64,000 nucleotides of DNA from Zygnema circumcarinatum SAG 698-1b (GCA_037447605.1 CM074813.1:1116001-1180000); one strand, 5' to 3'. Shown: positions 23,628-36,467, counted from the first letter of the stretch. Notes: generated by a model not told the origin, from the sequence alone. A program made the numbers and translations.

Positions 23628-23774
23628 AGTAGTTTTTAAATCTATTTAAACCCATCGACGCATTTTTGTCCTCCATGCTCAGCATCAGCGGGAGTGCATC
23701 TTTCGCCTTTTGAGGTGAGGCAGGGCTAATATCCAATGAAACGACGCCGTTCATCCACGTGGCAAGCTGCCGCC

Positions 23775-26700
23775 ATGGCTTCTGCCGTCCTGCTGGCGCT
23801 CCTCCTCACTCTCTGTGTCACCGCCAGCGAAGGTTCGAGTCTTACTATTCTCTCTTTCTCTCAGGCGTTAATGCTACATATATACATTTTCTGCCATTTT
23901 CCCTATGCCAGCTGATAAAGACATGGAGAACGACATTTGTTTGCCCGGAAACCTCCCCCCTCTCTCTCTCTCTCCCTCCCTCTCTCTCTTTCCCCCTTTC
24001 CCTCGCCCCCACTCTCCCCCTCTTGGAGCTCATCTCCTCCTTCCCCATGTAGTTACAAAGTTCAAGCATCACTTGCGCACTTCATGCGGCTACAGCTTCT
24101 GATAACGGAACCAAATGTCTTTTTTTTCCGTAGCAAGTCTCAGTCTTTTTCATAAGAAATGCGGTCCATGCGGGTGGCTGTGCAGGCCGACTGACGATGG
24201 GCAGCAATATGAGCGCTGTGAGCAATGACGAGAGGGGATCTCATCACGCGCGAAGTGAAGTTGGTCGACGGTTGGACTCAAAAGTGAGGGCCACGTGTCA
24301 CACCCTGTGAAGCCATACATACACGTGCTGCTTGTGAAGCTGCTGCATACATGCATACATACGTACATACATACATACATAGGGCTATCGTGTTCAAAGC
24401 AAATGGAACGAATTCTAAAGCCATTTCTTGTAAACGTCGCTTATCGGCTGCCTCGTATGTGCGCAGATGGAGCCTGTGAAGATTGAACTTCCGTGGACTG
24501 CCACTAATGCGAGCTTGAGTCTGAAAGTGACTCAGCAAGGTACGACTCCTGCCGCAACTCCGCCGCTGCTATTTGTTTTTTCAAATGCATTCACAGCGCT
24601 AAAGGCTTGGCGGAAAGACATCGATAAAGTATTCCTTGCTCCTCCTCCGACAACCATTATTTCTAGGCCAAGCGCTATTGATTGCATTGCTCTCCTGTCA
24701 CTGCGAGTCATCAGCGTAGTTTGGACAGTAGAAATGCCTCCTGAAAGCAAGCCCCTCTCCCTCTCCCTCTCCCTCTCCCTCCTCTCCCTCCCTCTCCCTC
24801 CTCTCCCTCTCCTCTCCCTCCCTCTCCCTCTCCCTCTCCCTCTCCCTCCTCCCTCTCCCTCCCTCTCCCTCCCTCCCTCCCTCCCTCTCCCTCTCCCTCT
24901 CCCTCTCCCTCCCCCGCCCTTGGCGCGCGAGCAGGGTGCGGCCCGAGCTTCAGCGGCGCGCGGTGCCCCTCCGGGTTGTGCTGCTCGTCGGCCTCCTCGT
25001 GCGGGACCCAGGCGTGGGAGTGCTCGTACGGATGCCAGAACGCGTACGGAACCTGCGGTACGGCCGCATGCGCTGCTCGCATGCATGGGGGGGCAGCCAC
25101 GTATGTATGTGCAGGCCGCTTCATGCGACTCGTCTTGTTCAACACTTAGTTCCTGACTATGAAAAGTTCCTGACTATGAAAGTGTGCAACACTCGTTTTT
25201 TGTATGAAGAATGCAGCTGTCGCCTGCTCCTTTGTTCCAGCCTTCTTGAAACTGCAAGCGCCGCAGCAGGTCCTAAGTCAAAAGGCGCTCTCCTCTTTCT
25301 CTCTCTCTCTCTATCTCTCTTCTTCTCCATTGCTGAGTTTGTACGACCTCTCATCCCATACGCGTGGCTCGGCTGCAGCCTGCGGAGCCTCACTGTACCT
25401 GCCGTGCCAGAGCGGGTTCTGCTGTTCGGCCGCGGGCCAGTGCGGGACCGACTCGAGCTCCTGCAACAGCGGCTGCCAGGCGGCCTGGGGCACCTGCCGT
25501 GAGCCTCTTTGCTATGGGGGGAGAGAGGGAGAGAGGGAGAAAGAGAGAGAGCGAGGGAGAGAGAGAGAGAGAGGGAGAGAGAAGGATGTGGGAAGGGGGG
25601 CAAGGGAATGGGGGAGGAGGAAAGGGAAAGAGGGAAAGAGAGTGATGAGGAAGGAAGAGGGGGGCGGGAGGAGGAGAGGGAGTGAGATAGAGGTACAAGG
25701 GGTCCGAGGCAGAGCTGATACAAACCCTAGTCCTATCCGCCTTTTCATTTAGAAGCGCCGCACGTATTGTAGAAATAACCTGAACTCCGCACGCCGTTTT
25801 CCTTGACTAAGATCCTTTATCTCGGGTTTGCTGAAGCTTTCTGAAGCTGCAGTGGAGGCATGTGAGGCTCTGCACAATATTCATCATGGCAGAGTGCATA
25901 TGAGACTCTCTCTGTAGGTTTCTGACGGCATGCATCGCGAGGGGGGTGCAGGCTGCGGCCCTAATTTCGGCAATGCGGTGTGCGCCGCCGGCTACTGCTG
26001 CTCCAAAGACGGCTTCTGCGGCAACACTCGCGCGGCCTGCGGCGCCGGCTGCCAGGGAAGCTTCGGCGAATGTCGTACGTTTTTTTTTTCCCTTCATCTT
26101 GATTGTTCATTGTGGAGCATCAATTAGCTCTTAGCATATGCCAGGGGGCAATCCACTGTGACTTACGAGAAGCTGCAATTTGTAGTCTTTAAGTATGCTG
26201 TTCGAGTGAAGTATGCATGGACCATGTCATCATCATTCAAGCAAAGCAACCTAATCAGGCGGAGGATATTTCCCAACTGATGCTGGTGCTAGAGAAATAT
26301 ATGGAAAAAAGGTATCATGCCTAAAGCGAGGCATTGGCGCCTGCTGCAGGATGTGGGCCAAACTATGATGGCAATACATGCCCTTCTGGAAAATGCTGCT
26401 CAACAGACGGAACCTGCGGAACGAGCCTTGATGCTTGCGTATATCATTGCATGCAGGCCTATGGGGACTGTGGTATGTGCACACTTTCTGCATAGAGATG
26501 ATGCTCATGTCATGCATGCATAGCATGCGAATGATCTAGCCGGCATTCGAAAAGCTTCTGGATTGAGCACTAACACCAGCACACTGGAGAGAGTGGTAGT
26601 TTCTAGCAGGCAGGGTTGTTTCATGTACGCGTAGCGATGCTGAATGTCCAAAGTTAGTTCAAGTGTGAAGCGGGCTGTCAACGATAGTCCAGGTTAAACC

Positions 26701-29700
26701 TTAAGATAATCAGGTTCTAATTGAAGATTGTATTTTCAGTGCGCCTTTTCGTATTAAACTTCCATGTGGTTGCAGGGTGTGGATCGCAAAATTATCGTTC
26801 CTGTGATTCCGGCTACTGCTGCTCAGGAAGTGGGTTGTGCAAAACAGACAACTCCTCCTGCGGAGCCGCATGTCAGATACAGTACGGCACTTGTCGTAAG
26901 TCGTTCTTCTCACCCCTCTTCAGGGTTTCTTTCTTGAGTTTTTGGAGTTTTGAGTATTGTCTGAGACATTATGCACAAAAGAACGCGTTTTCATTACATT
27001 GACTTCTGAATCCATGGTTGCGTTCTGCAAGCGTGGTCTTAGAAATGGGAGGAGGAATGTTCCTTGTCAATAACTCAGCATGGTTTGCGCATTCTGCACC
27101 CTCTAAGCACCGCAAGCTTTTGACTTGGACATAAACCGTACCGATGTTGGAGGGCAGGATGCGGAAGAAACTTCAACAACGCGAAGTGCCCTTCCGGCTA
27201 TTGCTGCTCGAGCAGCGGCTACTGCGCGCAGGACAGCGTCTCCTGCGGGCTCACCTGCCAACCAGACTATGGCGAATGCCGTACGGTCTCCATCTCCCTT
27301 TCATGCATCACCCCTGCCTGCATCGAGAAGCTACTCCGCTTCCATTGTTGCCACCTTCATGTTTGCCTGATGGTCGTCCATGGGGGCGGGCCTGCCTGCA
27401 GGCTGCGGGCCAAGCTATGGCGGAGCGAGATGCCCCTCAGGCTTCTGCTGCAGCAATGAGGGGAAGTGCAGCGACAGTCTGTCTATATGCTCATCATCTC
27501 AGTGCACAAATTTATACGGCGACTGTCGTAAGTGCTTCAACGCATGCACATGTGCATGCGTTTACATGTGTGTTCGACTGAAAGCGTGGGCTGTTAGACG
27601 CCGACATTTTGCGTTCTCGAAAGTGATTCATTTGGGGGTGTTGCAGGGTGCGGCGAGGGATACTTCTGGCGGTCGTGCGAGAGCGGGTTCTGCTGCTCTG
27701 CAGACGCGTGGTGCAGAGCAGACAATACTTCTTGCTCCGCAGGATGCCAACCACGATTCGGCACTTGTCGTAAGCAGGCCGTATAATGCCATGCATCTGC
27801 ATCTGCATTCGATTGCGGGTTTGAGCTTTGGATACGTTGAGAAAGAGGAGTGGCTGAAGCAAAACCTGACATTGGCACGCAATGTGATGCTGCAGGATGT
27901 GGGAAAAATTTTGGTAATACCAAGTGCCCTTCTGGCTACTGCTGTTCAGCAGATGGCTATTGTGGCACAGACAGCTCTACTTGTGGGATTGGATGCCAAT
28001 CGGACTATGGCGATTGTCGTAAGCTCTTCAAAAGCCCAACTTCAAGAAATTGCTGTTATATGGGCATTGTGCTTGATAGCTTCAATTCCCTTGTGGTCCG
28101 TCTAGGGTACACTTCATAAAGGTGATCTTTGTTGGCCCTCTCTCTGTCCACTTCACTTCACAGGCTGTGGGCCGCTTTATGGCGGAGCAAAGTGCCCTTT
28201 AGGGTTGTGCTGTCAGCCATCGGACGGGTCCTGCAGCACTCTGCAGTGGGTGTGCGCATCATCCACCTGCCAACTGGCATATGGCACATGCGGTGCGTAG
28301 CGTTTTATTCACTACTGCTAACCACCTTCCTTTTCAAGAAAACGAAGCTCCTGCTCTTAGCCTTCCATACTGAAACTCACTCTATTGGCTTGGATCTTAA
28401 TTTGAAACGTGCTGGACCTATTGATATTCTTGATAGTTTCCTTCTCACTCCTGCTTGATGTTGCCGTATTCTGCTCTCCACTCTCCCCTTCAGGTTGCGG
28501 AGCAGCATACTATTCTCGTTCGTGTGATTCCGGCTCTTGCTGCTCTTCACAGGGCCTCTGCGGAACAGACAGCTTCTCGTGTGGCCAGGGATGCCAACGG
28601 AGCTATGGCAACTGTCGTAAGTAAAAAAAAAAAAAAATACAAAAATGTATTGATATTTGGTTTCTCGCCGCTCCCCTGCTCACTTAATGCAGGCCAACTC
28701 TCAACTCATGCACTTCTCCCACGTGCTTTCGTCGGCTAGGGCAGGTTTTACTTGTTGCGCTTGAGGATGCAGGTAGCTATGGATTTTGTTTCTTCGTGCA
28801 TGCTTTGAAATGTTCTGACCCACGTTCTTCAGGAGACCCGAAAGGACCTGAAATTTGTCTTTTCTTGGGATTGTGCAGGATGTGGGCCGAACTATGGCGG
28901 AGCTGTGTGCCCCACCGGCTACTGCTGCTCGCAAGATGGCTTCTGCGGGGCGGACAGCTCGTCCTGCGGAGCAGGATGCCGAGCGAGCTATGGAACTTGC
29001 CGTGAGCTACATGTTGCCCTGCCCTGCTGTGAATGTATTCAGTTCGGAAATACTTTGTTTGATTTCGCACTTTGTAGGCTGACTCCTCATTACTTTTCCT
29101 CCATACGCTCCCCACATTCCCTCTCTTGCTTGTCTCGTCGCCCCCTCACCCTTTCCTCCTTTCCTTACTTCCTTCACTCCCAGTTGGCTTGCTTTTTCTC
29201 TCCTCCTGCTCTCCCATTTTCTCCGTTCTCTACTCCCTCGTTTTCCGTTCCCCCTCCCTCTCGCTCCCTCCTCTTGCGTATCATTGCGAGTGGATCTATG
29301 AATACGGAAAAGTAGGTGCTTGAAGCCAGCAGCCTGCTGCTGATGCCGATACGTATTTTATGCATTACTAGAATGAGTTTCACACCTCCAGTACCAGTTC
29401 CGTGGTTTATTTTCCAATAAAAAGCAACTACGTGAAAGACCCCAATGACCATTATACATAAAAAGACATGGAGAAGAATCTGCTTGGACCCTCTTCAAAG
29501 AGCACTCATTAGAGGCCGCAAAATGGCTGAAGTCCGTTTTGCCAAGCTCCTATTCCATTATGTGCATACTCTTCTGTGGTCAATTGAAAACCGAAAAAGC
29601 CAAAAGAACATGGCTCCCTTTGAAATCTGTGTGCAGCTGAATGCTCCTGTAATCTTCACCTCATTTGCAAAAGCCATTTTCATATTGCTATTGCAAGATT

Positions 29701-32700
29701 GGTTGAAAACTGATGTGTTTAACCAACCACCCTTGCAGGCTGCGGGCCTGCCAATGGCGGGGTGACCTGCCAGTCCGGCTTTTGCTGCTCCCAGGGCGGA
29801 ACTTGCAGCACAGATTTCTCCGCCTGCAGCTCACTATGCCAACAGGGCTATGGCGACTGCGGTAAAACCCCGCTAGTTCAATGGGTCAACTTATGCGCTG
29901 CAAATTTACGACTGTCCTTCTGCCTCCACTCTCAGGGCCGTGGTCAAACAGTGTGACTTCAATTCCTAACCAATGGTTGGGCTCTTGTAGGATGTGGGCC
30001 TAGCTACAACTACGTGCAATGCGCCACCGGTTCTTGCTGTTCATGGAATGGCTGGTGTGGAACAAACAACACATACTGTGGGCCAGGTTGCCAAAGGGGC
30101 TACGGCGATTGTGGTGAGTGCATGTTTTCTAAGTTTGCTCTGACCACTTTCCGTCGATCACCATGGAGAAAAGGTTCAATCTGACTTATGGGTTTGGCTT
30201 AGCTTAAGGACACTACCGCAGGAGGAGAAGAAGTTCTTGGAGTGTAAGAAGGGTAAATGGCATTCTTGATAGATATCGAGATGGAATTACTCGGGATGAA
30301 CAAGCCCATTCGCTTACAAGTGACTAGTTGTGGACTTACGCTTGTAGGTGCAAATGCCCTCCCACCAAGTCCACAACCTCCACGCTCGCCACCCCCTCGG
30401 CCTCCCCCTCNNNNNNNNNNCCCCTCCGCTGTCCCCATCTCCTCCTCCCCCTTCACCTCCTCCGACCCCGTCTCCTCCCCCTCCTTCTCCTCCTCCACCA
30501 TCTCGTCCTCCTCCCTCTCCCGCTCCATTATCTCCATCCCCTCCGCCCCCATCCCCTCCTCCTCCCTCTCCCCCTCAACTACTTGCATCCCTACCGCCCC
30601 CTTCCCTTCCTGCTTCTCCCTTTCCTCCCTCTCCTCCACCACGCCCCCCCCCTCCTCGCTCTCCACGCCCTCCTCCTTCCCCCCCACGCTCCCCACCTCC
30701 TCCCCGTTCCCCTCCTCCTCTCCGGTCCCCTCCTCCTCCCCGTCCACCCCCACGCTCCCCTCCTCCTCTCCGTTCCCCCCCTCCTCTTCGTTTCCCCCCC
30801 CCTCCCCGTTCCCCCCCTCCTCTCCGTTTCCCCCCTCCTCCCCGTTTCCCTCCTCCTCCCCGCTTTCCTTCTCCTCCCCGTTCTCCTCCCCCACTGCCCC
30901 CGTCTCCTCCTCCTCCTTCCCCTCCTCCGCCTCCCCCCTCCTTCCCTCCTCCTCCTCCCCCTCCACCATCTCCTCCTCCTCCATCCCCTCCGCCTCCTTC
31001 TCCTCCCCCCCTCCCTCCACCGTCTCCACCTGCACCACCGCCACGTGGTATAGCCCTACCCCTTTTTGCATACACACATGCTGATCCTACCGTGCATGTT
31101 AGTGCTTCACCTGAAATTTCACGCTGGGAGCCACCCCTGGGTGAATCGTTTGTGGCTGGCCTCAATGTCTTCGATTTTTTTTACTGATTATGTGTAGAGT
31201 AGGATTCGTTCGGAACATGGCACTGCTAAAAAAACAAAAATCGGAGTCCACAAATCATGAGTGAAGACATGTTTTTCCGTTCCTACGCTCCTCGACTTTC
31301 TGAAGATGCCACTTATACTTCCAACCATTCCGCTCATACGGATTGGCCTGTGCAGACGATCGCAAGGGTGGATTAACAGTGGAACCAACTGTAAGAGTCC
31401 GATACATGAACACATACTTCCGGTACACAAGCTCGGGATTCATCAATTCGGATGACGTGACGCAGTCTTGGGTCGGTGCCAACTACTGGAATTGGGCAAA
31501 GCAGACTGGAGTGGTTCAACCGGTGAAGGACCAAGGAACATGCTGTGAGTGATGAACCTCACCTCGTCCATTTCAAAGAGTATGAGACTGATTTTCAAAA
31601 ACGCGTCAACTGATTGCTGATATTGTGCTCAGAGAAAAGAAGAGTCAAGGCAGTTTTCCACGTCTTCAAACTGTTCACGTCACGTTGAAGTCATATGGCT
31701 AATGGTGAATACATAGAATCTGTTTTAAGTCACGTGCTATGCTGGCTTCTGTGCAGTTACTTGCTGGATTTATGCCCCGGTCGGCGCAATCGAGAGCGCA
31801 TATTTTATCGCCAATGCTAAGCGCTTAAGCGTGACGAGCATTTCAGAGCAGCAAGTTCTGAACTGCAACAAGCTGAACCTCACGTGCATGAGTGGCGGCT
31901 GGCCAACGAACACCCTCAACCTTGCATCGACAAATGGGCTTCTCTTTTCGTCGGAATACAGTGTATCAAATGACTGTGACTCCCAGGTAAAATTTCTGCT
32001 TGAATCACCACTGTAGGTACATTATGCACTTGTTTTCTATTATGTGGCAGAAATGCTCTTTTGTTCGGAAGCATTGTATCATTGTGAAACATAAAGAAGG
32101 CCCCCCAAAAAAGTAACATTCCAACGCCCCTCGGCTAACTTTTCATAGAACCTCACTACAGTACTGGCAAAAGATTAGACTCCACTCCACCTTCGGATCC
32201 CATTTATTAATAATGTCACTTTATACAGTTTCATAAATACATTCTCTTCAGATGAAGAATCAGAATTTCTGCATTGAGTTACGCTCAATTGACTTGGATC
32301 ATATTGCTCTTCTATTATATTAGATACATTTTTCAATATTTCATTTGCACATTTCTGTTGCATGGTAACTTCACTATTTCACAGTCCGGTCACTGATGTG
32401 GAGATGAAACAGAAAGCCATCCTTGTATTGCGTGCAGGTGCCGAGCTCTGTGAGGATATCTGCATATGAACAGGTCAATGTGAACGATTGGGTGGGCCTC
32501 TGGTTGGCCCTTCAGCAGCAGCCGGTCATTGTGAACATCGAGGGAAGCAGTGACAGTTTTGTCAACTACAATGGCACGGTGCGTATGTAAGCTTCACTAC
32601 TGCAGTTTCTGCGGCAGTGACAGTACTCTTACGGTCTTCGGACTTCTGCTAAGTGTGTAGCTATTCTGACTGTCAAATGCTGGCGATATAGTTGAACTTA

Positions 32701-35679
32701 CTGTTGTGTTTTTAGAGTTTTGAGGGGTTATTGGGGATCTATGGCTGATGATGGCTGCTGTTATGAATAAACAAGTGGTGATCTCTCTAAATGGATCCTG
32801 GATGATTGCTGTTTGCAGTACATCTACGGCGATGAAGATTGCTTTTCCAACGGTATCGACCACAGCGTGCTCTTAGTCGGCTATGATTTGACCAATGCCA
32901 TCCCAAATTGGATCATCAGAAACTCGTGGGGTACGACTTGGGGGGATAAAGGATACATGAGAATGAAGATCACAACAGGAGATGGCATATGTGGAATAAA
33001 TACTCAGCCAGGCTTGATTCCCGTCTTTGCTTTTCCGAGTAAGTACGAGCAAACCTCAGCCTTCACATACGAGCATACTGCTGCATCCCGATGCTCTATA
33101 TCCCACATGACATTCTAATATTCTCTGTGTAATATTTAAGGTTTTGACTATTTGGTTGTAACTCAAGCAGTACATAGTAAGCCACCTTGAATTTAAAATG
33201 TATGCCTATCACACTTCTAGTGCAGTACTGTACGTGAACACGTGAAGTGAGGGGCTGGTGCCATAGCTTGAAAACGAAGTAATGCTGGAAAGAATCATCT
33301 CGTTTAGTCTAATCCAAAACTTCTCCACTATGCCAAAACTCATTCCCGACTGACTTTTGACATAAACACTAAAAAAACTGACTCTGACAGAGCATTCCTG
33401 ATGGTCTTTCTTGCAGGTGTCGACCCCTGCAATCGGAACAACTACGCTGTGGCGAACGGCAACTCTGACACAAGTCTCGGCTCCATGAACCCGTGCGGAG
33501 GGGGACGATGTGTTCCATCCGGCACGTCGTACCACTGCGAGTGCAGCAAACCAGTTTTTGTTCCTGTTCTCAACAGCGACAACACAGAAACTTGCGCTCC
33601 GGGTGGGTTTCCAATGAGCAACTGGGAGTAACTGAATGCTACAAGGCATGTTTGGTGGAATTTTGGAATGAAAGCTGAAGATATTCGATGGATCGTGAAA
33701 ATACTCAACATAAAGTGTTTTGTGAAGCAGCTTCTCCGTGCACCTTCTACACATCGAATCCCTGCGGGATTGGGACTTGCTTGAATTCGGACGGAGCAGT
33801 GGGTACATACACATGCATTTGCCCCCTTGGGTATGCTCTCGACCCGGCGGACAATAGCTCATGCCTCCCCGGTAAGTCTCTCTTAAACATCATGCGAAAG
33901 TTTTCCTAGCAGTGAGGGCTTCGCACAGGCAGGACTCCACGAAAGTGACAAACTGAAGCAGAAAGGTTTTAAATCAGCGTGAAAGCTTCATTCTATGATC
34001 CACTGTAACGTTTTATCTGTTGAAACTTCCATTACTCCCCGGCTTTTTCGAGTGGTTTCCAGGGTTGCTCCCATATTTGCATAACCTTTCTGTAGTCTGT
34101 ATCTATCATCAGAAATGCTCTCCAAAAACAGTCATTCTTGCAAGCTATATGTGACCGCAAATGAGCAGATACTGATGTGAATCTAGCGATGAGATGCGGG
34201 CGCAGCGGCTGCTCTCACGGGGCTGAAATCCTTCGTTGTCCCTCCGGGATACAACCTTTCCTGTTCCATCATTTATAATGTCTATGGCATCGACGCAGAC
34301 ACATTTGCCAGGCAGAACCCGGTAATTCTTCATCTCTCTTGAACATACTTTCTGCAGGTTGGCATTCGACAGATATCATGGAACTGTGGCCTGAAGACAA
34401 CTTCCCTTCCTGTGCAAGGACTGGGCCATGCGTTGGAGCTGCCGACCTCATTCGATGCTTCATTTCATGTCCTTTGAATAAGAAGATGATGTTGCTTGTA
34501 AAGTGTGACATTTCATGGATTCATGGGCTTGATATGTCGATTGGGTTTTTGGGCTTGCAGACAATTGACTGCACCCAGACGGTTCCTCCGTCGGTCGTCC
34601 TCAACATCACGAATTCGCAGAACTGTTCGCTGGTCTATGCGGCCGATGAGGTATGTGAAGGTTGCAATCACCGTTTCTCACCAACTACTTTTTATCAGTA
34701 ACTTGTAAACATGACGCCATCTTGCATGTTGCTACTGGATTCCTGAAATGAATGTCAAATTTCTGGACTTCGGGATTGTTCCTGCATGCAGGACGATAAC
34801 TGCACTGCAATTGAGGAGAAATTCAATCTTAACACGTCACTGGATGGGCCGGGCTCCCCGAATCCCGGACTGAACTGCTCTCTCATCGAGCCCTATCAGC
34901 AGGTCAGCTTCATACTGTAACTATTCCTTGTCTTCGCTTAACCCTAACAAAGAAGCACTGCACTGCAGACCAGCCTATGTGAGTTCAGTGGACCTGGGAT
35001 TTTGGATCTTGGAAGTAAACTTCAAAGTAGTAACCCTATTATCATTGCTGCTTGAATGGGTATACACTGCACACCTTACAGATATGCATCCAGAGAGGCG
35101 CCCTCCTGTACCTGGGGTCCTGCACGCTGTTCTATGTCGTCCAAGAGGGCGAGACCTGCTCCGACATCATAAGCGCGCGCTTGGGCGGCAACGCAACCCT
35201 GTTCTATCTGCTGAACCCCGGAATCTACTGCGGCCGCATCGAGTTCGATGTCTCCGCGAAGTCGTTTGGGCAGAAGGTGAGGGAGGGAGGGAGGGAGGGA
35301 GGGAGGAAGCCGACCTGAAGCTGGCGACTTAGGACATACATGATCTATATATATGCGTTTTTATTTCCTTTTCTCTTTATCCCTTTTGTTGTAGAGTTTA
35401 ACCACTGCAGCGTATTCGTTTTTCCCCCCTTTCTTTGTGAATTGTCCTTTATAGGTCTGCCTCGAGGCGGGCACCTTGGGAGGCGCCGTGGCGGGCTGCA
35501 AGGGACGAGGGCTGGCGATCGCGGCTAAGGACAGCTGCGCGAGTCTGAGCAAGTGCTTCACTAAGAGGGAGACCTTCAAGACGATGAACCGCACCCCCTG
35601 CACCTCCACGCTGCTCAAGAAGCTCCTCGGCGCGAGCAGGAGCCCTGTCATTTGCATTCCGAAAACGTCGCCTTGCTAG
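23775..35679 (+). CDS. Gene A: secreted signal peptide-14x hevein/CBM18-Pro-rich stalk-papain C1A protease-2x EGF-4x LysM-like protein (29 exons, about 1,500 aa)
   Basis: Signal exon 23775-23832 (MASAVLLALLLTLCVTASEG); leader exons 24186-24283 and 24467-24539. Hevein exons: 24935-25057, 25379-25498, 25952-26074, 26350-26472, 26776-26895, 27158-27280, 27402-27527, 27647-27769, 27896-28018, 28164-28292, 28494-28616, 28879-29001, 29739-29861, 29991-30113. Pro-rich exon 30348-31044 (contains an N gap). Papain exons 31356-31544, 31757-31986, 32438-32578 and 32819-33038 (KDQGTCFTCW, IDHSVLLVGY, IRNSWG). EGF exons 33417-33602 and 33731-33871. LysM exons 34206-34321, 34561-34650, 34792-34902, 35082-35276 and 35455-35679. 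All junctions are GT-AG and phase-compatible. The two leader exons are the least certain. Confidence 0.9.
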
Positions 35680-36467
35680 AGCAGGGATTAGGGCACCGCC
35701 CGTGGAGGGACACCAGATTTACTTGTCACTCATTCACATTGTGACCTTCCTTCCTCCTCCCTCGCATTGATTCATTGAGTTGTTACTTTCTGGCCCCTTT
35801 AGAGGGCTCCCCTCCTCTGCGGGCCATCATCAAAGGCTGGAGTTGCACTGAATAAATAAATAAATAAATATTGTGATGGAGGTGTCACTTGCTCACTTCC
35901 AGCAGGCGCATGACGGACGCATCCCTCAAACCCTAAACGTCCCTCAATCCCAGGGGTCATGTGCACGCAAGCAAAGACATCAACACGTTTCTCAAAACTC
36001 TGTCTTTATTTCGTCTAAGACCTTCATACATTTCACTGCATCCTTCTCGCTGTCTCTCTCTCTCTCTCTCTCTCTGTGCTGCTCAGCTCCATCTCTTCTC
36101 GAAATAAAATAAAAGTATCGAAATAAGTCCGACAACAACAACAGCAACAACAACAATAACAACAACATCAACATGCACGCAAGCGCCGAGGCCGACGTTT
36201 GCCGTCCTCGGCGCGGTCCCCTCGTGGTTTCTGTTGGGTCAGAGAGACTAAATTGGCCGCCCGGAGGCAAGGCTGGCTGACTGTACGGCAAGCGGCTGGC
36301 ATACAATTTGCGAAGTTGCGAGTCCGCTGCGCGACAGAACTGACACGTGGCAGGACGTACTTCGCCGATGGTCGGCCGCCACGTGACGTAATATGAACAG
36401 TTTTGAAACAATGACTTTCTGTCGTCATTTGTGACGTTTGCTTACGTCTGCAGAACACATGCGGACA

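Noticed and set aside
21560-23770. G-box/ABRE (ACGTGGC, TGACGTCA) motifs upstream of gene A
   Set aside because: The same motifs occur near the housekeeping genes MIC10 and CPSF1 in this window, so no specific regulation can be inferred.
24666-24720. Short hydrophobic in-frame exon candidate (QALLIALLSCHCESSA*) that would truncate gene A
   Set aside because: The downstream phase-1 hevein exon gives a long coherent multidomain ORF. This is at most a minor isoform and needs RNA data.
24935-30113. Regularly spaced similar units suggestive of a CRISPR-like array
   Set aside because: They are diverged protein-coding hevein exons separated by GT-AG introns. There are no identical direct repeats or cas genes, and the context is eukaryotic.
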